Below are positions 9,028 to 17,260 of a stretch of DNA of 64,000 nt, piece after piece. The position numbers were made by a program, and so were the translations under genes. This DNA is from Candidatus Shapirobacteria bacterium. Its GTDB lineage: Bacteria > Patescibacteriota > Microgenomatia > UBA12405 > BS750m-G30. Numbering within the stretch: position 1 is the first letter of the stretch; every line of letters begins with the position of its first letter. Below the pieces are notes generated by a model. It was not told the DNA's origin and ran no database searches. It saw only the letters and a list, made by a program, of their open reading frames with translations. Location: the NCBI GenBank assembly GCA_043817235.1, contig JBDRHA010000008.1:112-64111 (forward strand), written 5' to 3'.

Positions 9028-9648
9028 ATGCCGCCTGTATTATATCGACGCCAGCGTCAAATTCTAGATTTTATTAACCAGTATGTGGAAAAATTTGGCT
9101 ACTCCCCCACTTTAGGCGAAATTAGAGAGGCCTTAGGTGTATCTTCTTTGTCTACAATTTGCGAGCACCTGGATACTTTAGAAAAGAAAAAGATGATTCG
9201 GCGCTATAAAGGAGCGGTTAGGGGGATTGAGGTGCTGGAAAATGACGTTTCTTTAGGTTTGGAAAAGGGAATAGAAGTCCCCATTCTCGGCTTTATTGCT
9301 GCCGGTGAGCCGATCGAACCCCATACTGACCCAAATGCTTCGGTTTTAGTTCCTCAACAAATGGTATCCGGCAAAAAGCGATCCTTTGTCCTTCAGGTAA
9401 AAGGAGAATCAATGATCGAAGAAGGAATTTTACCTGATGACTATATTATTGTTGAGGAAAGAAGTGATGCTCAAGACGGAGATGTGGTGGTGGCTATTTT
9501 AGAAAATGGTTTTGCCACTTTAAAGAAATTTTTCCGAGAAAAAGATAGATTTAGGCTAGAGCCGGCCAACTCTCAAATGAAGCCGATCTTTGCCAAAAAA
9601 CTTACTATTCAAGGCAAGGCTATAGGTATTATTAGGAATTTTAGTTAA
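9028..9648 (+). CDS. lexA: SOS repressor LexA
   Basis: wHTH (SPTLGEI), IAAGEP cleavage site, GESM Ser, TLKKF Lys. Confidence 0.95.
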   Translation: MPPVLYRRQRQILDFINQYVEKFGYSPTLGEIREALGVSSLSTICEHLDTLEKKKMIRRYKGAVRGIEVLENDVSLGLEKGIEVPILGFIAAGEPIEPHTDPNASVLVPQQMVSGKKRSFVLQVKGESMIEEGILPDDYIIVEERSDAQDGDVVVAILENGFATLKKFFREKDRFRLEPANSQMKPIFAKKLTIQGKAIGIIRNFS

Positions 9649-9661
9649 GTATTTTTATATA

Positions 9662-9680
9662 AACATGACTATAGGATGTT
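9662..9680. repeat. 19-bp quasi-palindrome, copy 1 (identical at 51298-51316)
   Basis: AACATGACTATAGGATGTT exact in both places. Confidence 0.75.
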
Positions 9681-9702
9681 ATTGGTTAAAAAAGTTTATT
9701 TT

Positions 9703-9800
9703 GCGAGCGGGAAAACCTCGGAGCTTGCTCCGTGGATGAAAGCTATAATCCTCGCAAAGCGAGCAAAAGAAGAAGCTGCGCAAGCCAGCTGCGCAGAGAC
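9703..9800. repeat. Hairpin cluster resembling an IS200/IS605-type end or REP remnant
   Basis: CCTCGGAGCTTGCTCCGTGG (9716-9735) plus CTGCGCA...TGCGCAG stem; no transposase nearby. Confidence 0.4.
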
Positions 9801-9823
9801 TTCATTTTTGATAAAATAATTTT

Positions 9824-10525
9824 ATGAAACTTAAAACAGATGATTTGATAAAAATTACTTACTCTGCTGTTAAGTCTATTATCGAACCGGGGAAAAGCAA
9901 TTCTCCCTTGCCTAAAAAAGAATCCCCTAACCGCCCGGAAATCTATTTATTTAGACACGGAGAAAGCAAAGATAACTTTCTTAGAGTTTTTAGCGGTTGG
10001 CGTGACAGTAGGTTAACCACCTTAGGAAAAAAACAAGCTCAGGAGCTTGCTAGTAAGCTTAAAAACAAACAAATTGATGTTTGCATAACGTCATCTTTGT
10101 CGCGTTCAAAAGAAACGGCAAGAATTGCTTTAAAAAGCAAGAAAGTTAAATACGAAGTTGATGACCGAATAATTGAAAGAAATTATGGAGACTTAACCGG
10201 TAAAAATAAAGTGAAGTTAATGAAAAAAGATCTTATCGGGGCAGTAAAATACCGCCGTTTTTATGACTTTCCGCCACCCAATGGCGAGTCTTTAAAAGAC
10301 GTGCAAAAACGAGTTTTCCCTTTTTGCCAAGACCTAGTAAAAAGAATAAGAAAGACCGGCGAAAATATTGCTATTTCCGCCCATGGCAACTCTATGAAAA
10401 TTGCTCGTCTATATTTTGAAAAACTTTCAATAGGCGAAGTTCTTGTTCAAGAAAATCCTTTAGCCCGTGATTACGCCGAATATGTTGTTGCCCCAAAAAA
10501 GATTTTGGTTAAGCGGTCAGGGTAA
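9824..10525 (+). CDS. gpmA: 2,3-BPG-dependent phosphoglycerate mutase / histidine phosphatase
   Basis: RHGES, FSGWRD, ERNYGDLTG, PPPNGESL, AHGNS. Confidence 0.8.
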   Translation: MKLKTDDLIKITYSAVKSIIEPGKSNSPLPKKESPNRPEIYLFRHGESKDNFLRVFSGWRDSRLTTLGKKQAQELASKLKNKQIDVCITSSLSRSKETARIALKSKKVKYEVDDRIIERNYGDLTGKNKVKLMKKDLIGAVKYRRFYDFPPPNGESLKDVQKRVFPFCQDLVKRIRKTGENIAISAHGNSMKIARLYFEKLSIGEVLVQENPLARDYAEYVVAPKKILVKRSG

Positions 10526-11564
10526 TTAGCCGATTATATTTAGCGACCCGCTCGCCTCGTGCCGGGGCGCCAAATTTAACAAAATCGGCTCCAATAAATA
10601 GGCTTAAATCAGCAATCCAAGAATCATTAGTCTCTACTCCGCGATGAGAAACAATTGTTTTTAAACCAAGCTTTTGGGCAGTTTTTGCCGCCAAAACAGC
10701 CCCGGAAACTGTCCCCTGCTGATTGGGCTTAATAATTACTGCGTTAAAAAGCTTATCTTTAGCTCCTTTAATTATTTTATTTTTGTCAGTTACCGTTAAA
10801 TCATCAGCAATAATTAATAAGCGAGGATTCTCTTTATTAATAATTTGATAAAAGTCTTTCCATTTTTGAATTTCAGATTCTGCAAAAGGATCCTCCACGC
10901 TAAAAATTCTATTGTGTCGCACAATATTTAATACAGATTTAACACTAGGCGGGCTTTCATTTCCAGCAATATCCAAAGCAATTTTTTTTGCTCCCGCTTT
11001 TTTCAAAACTTTTAGAATATCTTCATCTTTGAACTCTTTAGGAGAAAAGCCCCCTTCTGTTCCCACAGTTGCAAGAATATTATGATTTTTCAGATATTCG
11101 GAAATTTTTTGGTAAAAACTAATCCCCTTCTCTATTTTATCTACCACTATCATAAATTCCTGAATTGTTAATTTCGGATTACCATGTTTTTCTCCTTCAA
11201 AAATAAGCATCATGATCTTGGGCATTTTTGGATTTGGTATTTTAAAATAACCTGCAGCCTTGGCAAAAGCGACGGAAATGGCCAAAGTTGCGCTACTTGG
11301 CCAGGAAAGATTGCTTAAAAGAACTTTGTCTAATTTCTCTTGATTTAAATCCGTTAGTTTAAGAAGTTTATTTTTAATCTGGCTTTTAATTATAGCCGAA
11401 GCTTTTTCCCCACCAATATCGGCTTTTTCCTGGGTTCCGATCGAAATTCCCTGAGGGACAGAAGCGGTTGCCTCCCTCTGGCTATTTAAAGTTATTTTGA
11501 CCTCCACCGACCAACCACTTTCCGAATTAATAATTGGCTTGGTATCAAGATCCACTATTCTCAC
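10509..11564 (-). CDS. eno: Enolase (short, divergent)
   Basis: IQEFMI, GTEGGF, VEDPF, ADDL, IKPNQ, SHR, GAPARGERVAKYNRL. Confidence 0.85.
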   Translation of the reverse strand: MRIVDLDTKPIINSESGWSVEVKITLNSQREATASVPQGISIGTQEKADIGGEKASAIIKSQIKNKLLKLTDLNQEKLDKVLLSNLSWPSSATLAISVAFAKAAGYFKIPNPKMPKIMMLIFEGEKHGNPKLTIQEFMIVVDKIEKGISFYQKISEYLKNHNILATVGTEGGFSPKEFKDEDILKVLKKAGAKKIALDIAGNESPPSVKSVLNIVRHNRIFSVEDPFAESEIQKWKDFYQIINKENPRLLIIADDLTVTDKNKIIKGAKDKLFNAVIIKPNQQGTVSGAVLAAKTAQKLGLKTIVSHRGVETNDSWIADLSLFIGADFVKFGAPARGERVAKYNRLITLTA

Positions 11565-13834
11565 TTTTTACCCTTAAGAACCTTTTTTTCCGCTTCAATA
11601 ATAATCTCCCGAGTCCTATCAATGGCATCCGGACTCACCGAAACACTGGTAATGCCCCAAGAAACTAGTTTTTCTACCAACTGCGCATAGTTACTGGGAG
11701 CCTGCCCACAAATTGAACTAGTGATTTGGTGTTTTTTTGCTAATTTAATTACTTTCTTTAAAGACCAGAGCACGGCTGGATTTCGCTCGTCAAATTCAAA
11801 AGCGACTTCACTATTATCTCGATCCAGCCCTAAAAGGAGCATAGTGAGGTCATTAGAACCAATAGAAATCCCATCTATGCCTACTTTAGCAAATTCTTCA
11901 AAAATAATAATATTGGAGGGAATTTCTACCATCAGCCAAAGCTTAAAACTCGGAGAGCGGGAAAGACCGCAAGAAGCCATTATTCTTTTTACCTGCAAAA
12001 GCTCGCGGGGAGTACGCACAAAAGGAATCATCATCCAAAGGTTTTTATAGCCTAATTTATTTCTTACTCGTTTAATTGCCTCAAGCTCTAAAGCAAAAAC
12101 ATCCGGAGAAGTGATATATCTTATTGCTCCCCGAAAGCCAATCAACGGGTTCTCTTCTTCCGGTTCGTATTTCTCTCCGCCCAGCAAATGGCGATACTCG
12201 TTTGTTTTAAAATCTGTGGCCCTGTAAACTACCGGACGAGGAAAAAATGCTTTGCAAAACTTGGCTATCCCCTGGCTCATTTTTTGGATAAATATTTCCT
12301 GCTTGCCATCGGCGATTAACTTTTTAGGGTGAACGCCAATATTGGCAATCATAAACTCTGCCCGCAATAAGCCAACACCGTCAATTTTTCTTTTAGCTAT
12401 GTTTTTGGCCAAGCCCGGCTCAGCTAAATTAATATATATTCTCGTGGCTGTTTTTTTAAATTTCTCTTTCTTTTTGGATGTTTTTTCTCTTGCCAGCCTT
12501 TTGCTTCCACCCTCAAACACTTCTCCCGTGCTTCCATCTATAGAAATCAGCTGATTATTTTTCAAAACCTTAGTAGCAATTCTTGCTCCTACCACGCAGG
12601 GAGTAGCTAATTCCCGAGAAACAATAGCCGCGTGGGAAGTTTGCCCACCTTTATCGGTAATTATTCCGTTCACTTTTTGCATTGCCGGAACAAAATCCGG
12701 GCTGGTCATTGCTGTTACTAAAATTTCTCCAGTTTTTACCTGGCTAACATCCTTTGGATCTAATATTATTCTCACTTTTCCACTTGCCCTACCCGGCGAA
12801 GCTGGCTCTCCCTGAAGAATCAGCTTTTGTTTTTTAGCTTCTAAAACATTTTTTTCTTGTTTTTCTTTTACCGTAGTAATCGGCCTAGTTTGAACAATGT
12901 ATAATCTGTTCTTTTCTAGGGCCCACTCCACATCCTGGGGAAAAAAATAATGTTTTTGAATAGCCTCCCCTATCTTAGCCAATTCAATTATCTGAAGACT
13001 GTTTAATTTTTGCATTTTCTGTATCCCTCTGGGAACCTTGGCTCTGATTGTTTTTTCTCTTACCTTAAGAAGCTGCCAAGTTTGCTCCTCAATGGTTCTT
13101 TTAATTATTTTATGGAATTTTCTATCTACCTGATAAGAATCCGGAGTGATCTGGCCCTGAACAATAGTTTCTCCTAAACCCCAAACCGACTCAACAACAA
13201 TAATATTCTTATCGTTAGTGACCGGATCAGCAGTAAACATTACGCCCGAAACCTCTGATTGAATCATCTTTTGGACCGGAACGGCAATACCCACTTTAAG
13301 ATGATCAAAATTATTTTTAACGCGGTAAAAGATGGCTCTAGGAGTAAATAAAGAAGCCCAGCAGTCCCGAACTCGATTAATCACATTTGCCTCTCCTTTG
13401 ATATTAAGATAAGTTTCCTGCTGGCCGGCAAAAGAAGCCCCTGGCAAGTCTTCGGCTGTTGCCGAAGAGCGCACAGCTACATAAGGATTTTTCAAGCCTC
13501 CCCATTTGCCTAACTTTAAATATGCCCGCATAATCTCACCGGCAATTACTTGCGGTACAGGGGAATTTTTTATGAGTTCTTTAATGCTTCGGGAGTTCTT
13601 TTCTAGCTCTTCAATATTTTCAACATTTGTTGACTCCAGGATATTTTTTATCTTATCTTCAATTCCTGCATGTTCGAGAGAATCATAATAGGCTAGCACC
13701 GAAACCACAAATCCGGGCGGAACAGGGATGCCCATTTTAGTCATTTCCCCTAAATTAGCACCCTTGCCTCCTGCTAAATTAATATCATTCTTGTCAATCT
13801 CGTCAAACCATAAGACATATTTCTTCTTTTTCAC
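11561..13834 (-). CDS. ppsA: Phosphoenolpyruvate synthase
   Basis: GGKGANLGEM, VRSSATAED, GGQTSHAAIVSRE, SIGSNDLT. Confidence 0.95.
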   Translation of the reverse strand: MKKKKYVLWFDEIDKNDINLAGGKGANLGEMTKMGIPVPPGFVVSVLAYYDSLEHAGIEDKIKNILESTNVENIEELEKNSRSIKELIKNSPVPQVIAGEIMRAYLKLGKWGGLKNPYVAVRSSATAEDLPGASFAGQQETYLNIKGEANVINRVRDCWASLFTPRAIFYRVKNNFDHLKVGIAVPVQKMIQSEVSGVMFTADPVTNDKNIIVVESVWGLGETIVQGQITPDSYQVDRKFHKIIKRTIEEQTWQLLKVREKTIRAKVPRGIQKMQKLNSLQIIELAKIGEAIQKHYFFPQDVEWALEKNRLYIVQTRPITTVKEKQEKNVLEAKKQKLILQGEPASPGRASGKVRIILDPKDVSQVKTGEILVTAMTSPDFVPAMQKVNGIITDKGGQTSHAAIVSRELATPCVVGARIATKVLKNNQLISIDGSTGEVFEGGSKRLAREKTSKKKEKFKKTATRIYINLAEPGLAKNIAKRKIDGVGLLRAEFMIANIGVHPKKLIADGKQEIFIQKMSQGIAKFCKAFFPRPVVYRATDFKTNEYRHLLGGEKYEPEEENPLIGFRGAIRYITSPDVFALELEAIKRVRNKLGYKNLWMMIPFVRTPRELLQVKRIMASCGLSRSPSFKLWLMVEIPSNIIIFEEFAKVGIDGISIGSNDLTMLLLGLDRDNSEVAFEFDERNPAVLWSLKKVIKLAKKHQITSSICGQAPSNYAQLVEKLVSWGITSVSVSPDAIDRTREIIIEAEKKVLKGKK

Positions 13835-13843
13835 TGTTTCATT

Positions 13844-14527
13844 CTAAAGGCTTGCTAGTAAATTAACAAGAGGAATTTCTAACCCTGCCGAAAGCAAACC
13901 TTTTTTCTGTTTATATTCCAATTCAATTAATTTAATATAAATATCAATAGTCTTTTTACAAGAAAGCTTCTTTGCTTGGGTAACAAGCTTTGCCTTTTGC
14001 CAATCAGGAAAATTACTTTTAAAAGACATAGCTAAAATTAAATTATGAAAATGCTTTTTTAAAAAATAAAAAGATAGCTCTGTTGGTTGTAGCTCAGCTA
14101 ACTCTCGCCAAAAACCAAACAGCTGTTTCTGATTTTGAGGAAAAACGCTCTCTAAAAATTTAAAAGTTAACCTAGGAAGAGGAAATTTAAATTCTTGAGC
14201 TTGAGGGAAGAATTTTAAAATATTTCTGAACCTAGAAGTTAACTGATCATCCCAAAAAATAACATTAGCTTTTGACTTAAGAAGGATGTTAAAAAGCTCC
14301 TTTTCCTGATCTTTCTTAAATTTCCTTAGGTTTTCCACTAGAAAAAGCTCTTTTCTTTCGATAAAACTCAAATTTGCTTGTTTGGCTCTTAAATCAGAAC
14401 AGCTAAAACCCTTACAGGAAATGAGCACCATTTTCCCAGATGGATTTTGGGCCAAAAATGATTCTCTTGTGCTGTTTAACTTTTGGCGGCTGCCAAAAGT
14501 ATTGTCGCCATGGATATAGTAAACCAT
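13844..14527 (-). CDS. holA: DNA polymerase III delta subunit (short CPR type)
   Basis: YYIHGDN N-terminus; C-terminal LIELEYKQKKG. Confidence 0.6.
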   Translation of the reverse strand: MVYYIHGDNTFGSRQKLNSTRESFLAQNPSGKMVLISCKGFSCSDLRAKQANLSFIERKELFLVENLRKFKKDQEKELFNILLKSKANVIFWDDQLTSRFRNILKFFPQAQEFKFPLPRLTFKFLESVFPQNQKQLFGFWRELAELQPTELSFYFLKKHFHNLILAMSFKSNFPDWQKAKLVTQAKKLSCKKTIDIYIKLIELEYKQKKGLLSAGLEIPLVNLLASL

Positions 14528-14530
14528 AAT

Positions 14531-14794
14531 TTACTCCACTTTAAATACCGTATCTCCTTCTTTTACCGACTCATCGATTTTTAAACCAAATTCATCCTCC
14601 TTTTTTACCGAGTCAACACTTTCATGTTCAATTTGCATTGACTTAATTTCCTGAAAAACCTCATTGCCTCTACCGGCTATTTTAATTTTATCCCCTGCCT
14701 GGAGCTTGCCAGCGTCCAGTTTAATTATAGCTACTTTTATTTTGTCAAAAAAATGCGTTACTTTACCTATTTCTTCTTCGGCCATCAGCCTCAC
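14531..14794 (-). CDS. Small translation-factor-like beta-barrel protein
   Basis: IGKVTHFFDKIKVA...SMQIEH...FGLK. Confidence 0.65.
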   Translation of the reverse strand: MRLMAEEEIGKVTHFFDKIKVAIIKLDAGKLQAGDKIKIAGRGNEVFQEIKSMQIEHESVDSVKKEDEFGLKIDESVKEGDTVFKVE

Positions 14795-14803
14795 CCCCTT
14801 TCT

Positions 14804-15301
14804 TTAAGGACATATTTCATAAATTATTTTAGCATGACAAACAGCAATTCCTAAAGCATCGGCTACGTCGTCAAAATGGGTCTTTTTTTTATTTGGTGAG
14901 CGTATCGATAGTATTTTTCGAACTGCTTTTTTCATCTCTTCTTTTTTTGCCCGCCCATTTTTAGCAATCACTGATTTTATTTTGGGAGGTGAGTACTCTA
15001 CAATATTTATTTTCTTTTCTACGGCGGCCAAGCGAATTACTCCAATTGCCTCCGATACTCGCATCGCCGTTTTTTGATTATTATAAAAAAGAAGCTGCTC
15101 AATCGCCATTACTTCCGGCATTTGCTTTTCAAGCAATCCCGTCATTTGTTTATAAATGCTTTTTAACCGCTTATTTCTTTCTTGTTCTTTAGGGGTGCTG
15201 ATCCAGCCAAAATTAATAACTTTAAACTCCAGCTTGGGGCTTGCTTCTATAACTCCAAAACCTGTAGTTGCCGTTCCCGGGTCAATGCCTAATATTTTCA
15301 T
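14804..15301 (-). CDS. ruvC: Holliday junction resolvase RuvC
   Basis: MKILGIDPG (true start 15301), AIEQL, DDVADALGIA. Confidence 0.95.
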   Translation of the reverse strand: MKILGIDPGTATTGFGVIEASPKLEFKVINFGWISTPKEQERNKRLKSIYKQMTGLLEKQMPEVMAIEQLLFYNNQKTAMRVSEAIGVIRLAAVEKKINIVEYSPPKIKSVIAKNGRAKKEEMKKAVRKILSIRSPNKKKTHFDDVADALGIAVCHAKIIYEICP

Positions 15302-15369
15302 TAATTTAAAGTTTCTTTGTTTACCATTCCATTGTAGTATAATTACTTGAAGATCACAATGTTTTCGTT

Positions 15370-15446
15370 GCCGCCATCGTCTAGCGGCCCAGGACGCCAC
15401 CCTTTCAAGGTGGAGATCGGGGGTTCGAATCCCCCTGGCGGCACCA
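15370..15446 (+). tRNA. tRNA-Glu(TTC)
   Basis: Cloverleaf, loop CTTTCAA, GGTTCGAATCC, CCA. Confidence 0.95.
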
Positions 15447-15457
15447 GTCTTAAAAAA

Positions 15458-16375
15458 TCAAGAAAGCTGATTCTTTACTTCCAAAATACTCTCTTCTAGA
15501 GTTCTTATTTGAAGCTTTAAAGCCGTTTTAATTTTTTTATTAGATAAAGCAAGGTTTTGATGCCAAGGAAAAGAGCCAGAGGTTTGTTTTTTCCGATATT
15601 CAGCCAATGATCCCTTTTTTACCAAGTGAGGCTTAAAACCAAAAATTTTAGCAATTATTTTAGCCATTTTATACGGCGACTGAAAACTTGAGCCAACAAA
15701 ATGATATACCCCTATGGGTTTTTTTCTAATTATTTTGGGCAAAGCCAAAGCGATATCATCAATAAGGGTCGGGGTCGTAATCTGATCGCAAAACATCGGA
15801 TGCAAGCTTTCTTTTTCCAAAGCCTCAATTATTTTTCTGACCACGTCTTTTTTGCCTTTAAAAGAGCTTCTAAAAGGATAAGCGATTCTAAGAATTGTGC
15901 TCGAGGCAGAGCTTTTCAGAATCGCCACTTCTCCTAAATACTTAGTTCTCCCATACCAATCTATCGGCTTTGGCTGATCTTTTTCCGTGTGCGCCCCGCT
16001 TTTTTGGCCATCAAAAATATAGTCGGTAGAAAAGTATATCAGATGTTTTCTTAGATTTTTACAAGCCTGAGCAATATTTTTTGTTCCCAGAACATTGATT
16101 TGATAACATTTTCCCCTTTTATCACCGTTTTCCTTCCAAGCTGATTGAACATCAGTAAAGGCCGCTAAATGCAAAACAGTTTTTGCCTGGGGATATTTGC
16201 TTAAAAAAGAAAATACTTTTTCTTTGTTTTCAATGCCTAGTTGAGGACGGTGGGGAAAATTAATAAAATTATAGTCGGGAGACAAAAGCTCATTTATTCG
16301 GGAACCTATTAGCCCCGTTAACCCGGTAGTTAATATTAATTGCTTGTTCAGTATCAGCCCGATTTTATCTTCCAA
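15458..16375 (-). CDS. rfbD: dTDP-4-dehydrorhamnose reductase
   Basis: TGLTGLIG, HLAAFTDV, STDYIFDG, YGRTK. Confidence 0.85.
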   Translation of the reverse strand: MEDKIGLILNKQLILTTGLTGLIGSRINELLSPDYNFINFPHRPQLGIENKEKVFSFLSKYPQAKTVLHLAAFTDVQSAWKENGDKRGKCYQINVLGTKNIAQACKNLRKHLIYFSTDYIFDGQKSGAHTEKDQPKPIDWYGRTKYLGEVAILKSSASSTILRIAYPFRSSFKGKKDVVRKIIEALEKESLHPMFCDQITTPTLIDDIALALPKIIRKKPIGVYHFVGSSFQSPYKMAKIIAKIFGFKPHLVKKGSLAEYRKKQTSGSFPWHQNLALSNKKIKTALKLQIRTLEESILEVKNQLS

Positions 16376-16896
16376 AAATCTTTTTCTGTGTAAAAATCAG
16401 GTGGAAGGCGGTATTCATCTGATCCGTCAAACCAATTATTAACAAGATAGGTCATGCTTGCAGTATTTTTATAAGGGTTGGCTAACCCATGAGCAACACC
16501 CCGGGGAACATAAACCAGATGAGCTCGGCCATTGCCCAAGCTAAGGCGCATTTTATTATTTTTGGTTTCAGACTCTTGGCGAAGATCCAAGAAGCCCACA
16601 ATCACTTGAAAAGATGGGTGAATAAACCATATCTCATCTTGCTTGAAATGCAAATGCCAGGCCTTTAAAGTGCCGGGAACAACCTCTCCATAATTAATTT
16701 GTCTAATTTCAAAACCTTTAAGTTCAGAGGGATTGGATACTTTGCAATTTTTCGCCCGGATAATTTCCGAAAAGACACCGTCTTCTCCAGTAAACCTTTT
16801 AATCTCTAAAACTAAAACGCCAGAAATCGTCTTTAAAAAAGAATAGTCCTGTTTAGTTAATAACTTTTTGACTTCCGAAGTTAATTTAACCATCAA
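16354..16896 (-). CDS. rfbC: dTDP-4-dehydrorhamnose 3,5-epimerase family cupin
   Basis: KAWHLH, DLR, YVPRGVAHG; adjacent to rfbD. Confidence 0.75.
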   Translation of the reverse strand: MMVKLTSEVKKLLTKQDYSFLKTISGVLVLEIKRFTGEDGVFSEIIRAKNCKVSNPSELKGFEIRQINYGEVVPGTLKAWHLHFKQDEIWFIHPSFQVIVGFLDLRQESETKNNKMRLSLGNGRAHLVYVPRGVAHGLANPYKNTASMTYLVNNWFDGSDEYRLPPDFYTEKDFWKIKSG

Positions 16897-16902
16897 AATT
16901 AT

Positions 16903-17214
16903 TTACTTTTTTTTCTTACCTGTTTTCGATCTTAGATAATAAAGCTTTGATCTTTTAGGTTTTTTTCGGGAATGAGAAACTACTTTAAAATTCTTAATCT
17001 GAGGAGAATTAAGAGGCACTATTCTTTCTACCCCAATCCGGTCGGCTGCTATTTTCCTTAGAGTGAGCGTCCTGCTTTCTCCTCGACCCCTGATCTTGAT
17101 TATTTTACCGGCAAAAGGCTGAATACGCTCTTTGCCTTTTTCTTTTATTAAGTATCCAAGAGCGACTACATCTCCCACAAAAAATTCTGTTTCTTGCCAT
17201 TTTGCTCTATTCAT
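16903..17214 (-). CDS. rplS: 50S ribosomal protein L19
   Basis: KERIQPFAG, GVERIVPLNSP, RSKLYYLR. Confidence 0.95.
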   Translation of the reverse strand: MNRAKWQETEFFVGDVVALGYLIKEKGKERIQPFAGKIIKIRGRGESRTLTLRKIAADRIGVERIVPLNSPQIKNFKVVSHSRKKPKRSKLYYLRSKTGKKKK

Positions 17215-17260
17215 AATGCTTATATTATCATTAATATACTTATATTATCCTAAACAAGGT

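Noticed and set aside
9655-9690. dif/Xer site for the 19-bp repeat
   Set aside because: CAT-to-ATG spacing is 9 nt rather than the 10 nt of canonical dif and the arms match XerC/D consensus poorly; kept only as an unexplained repeat
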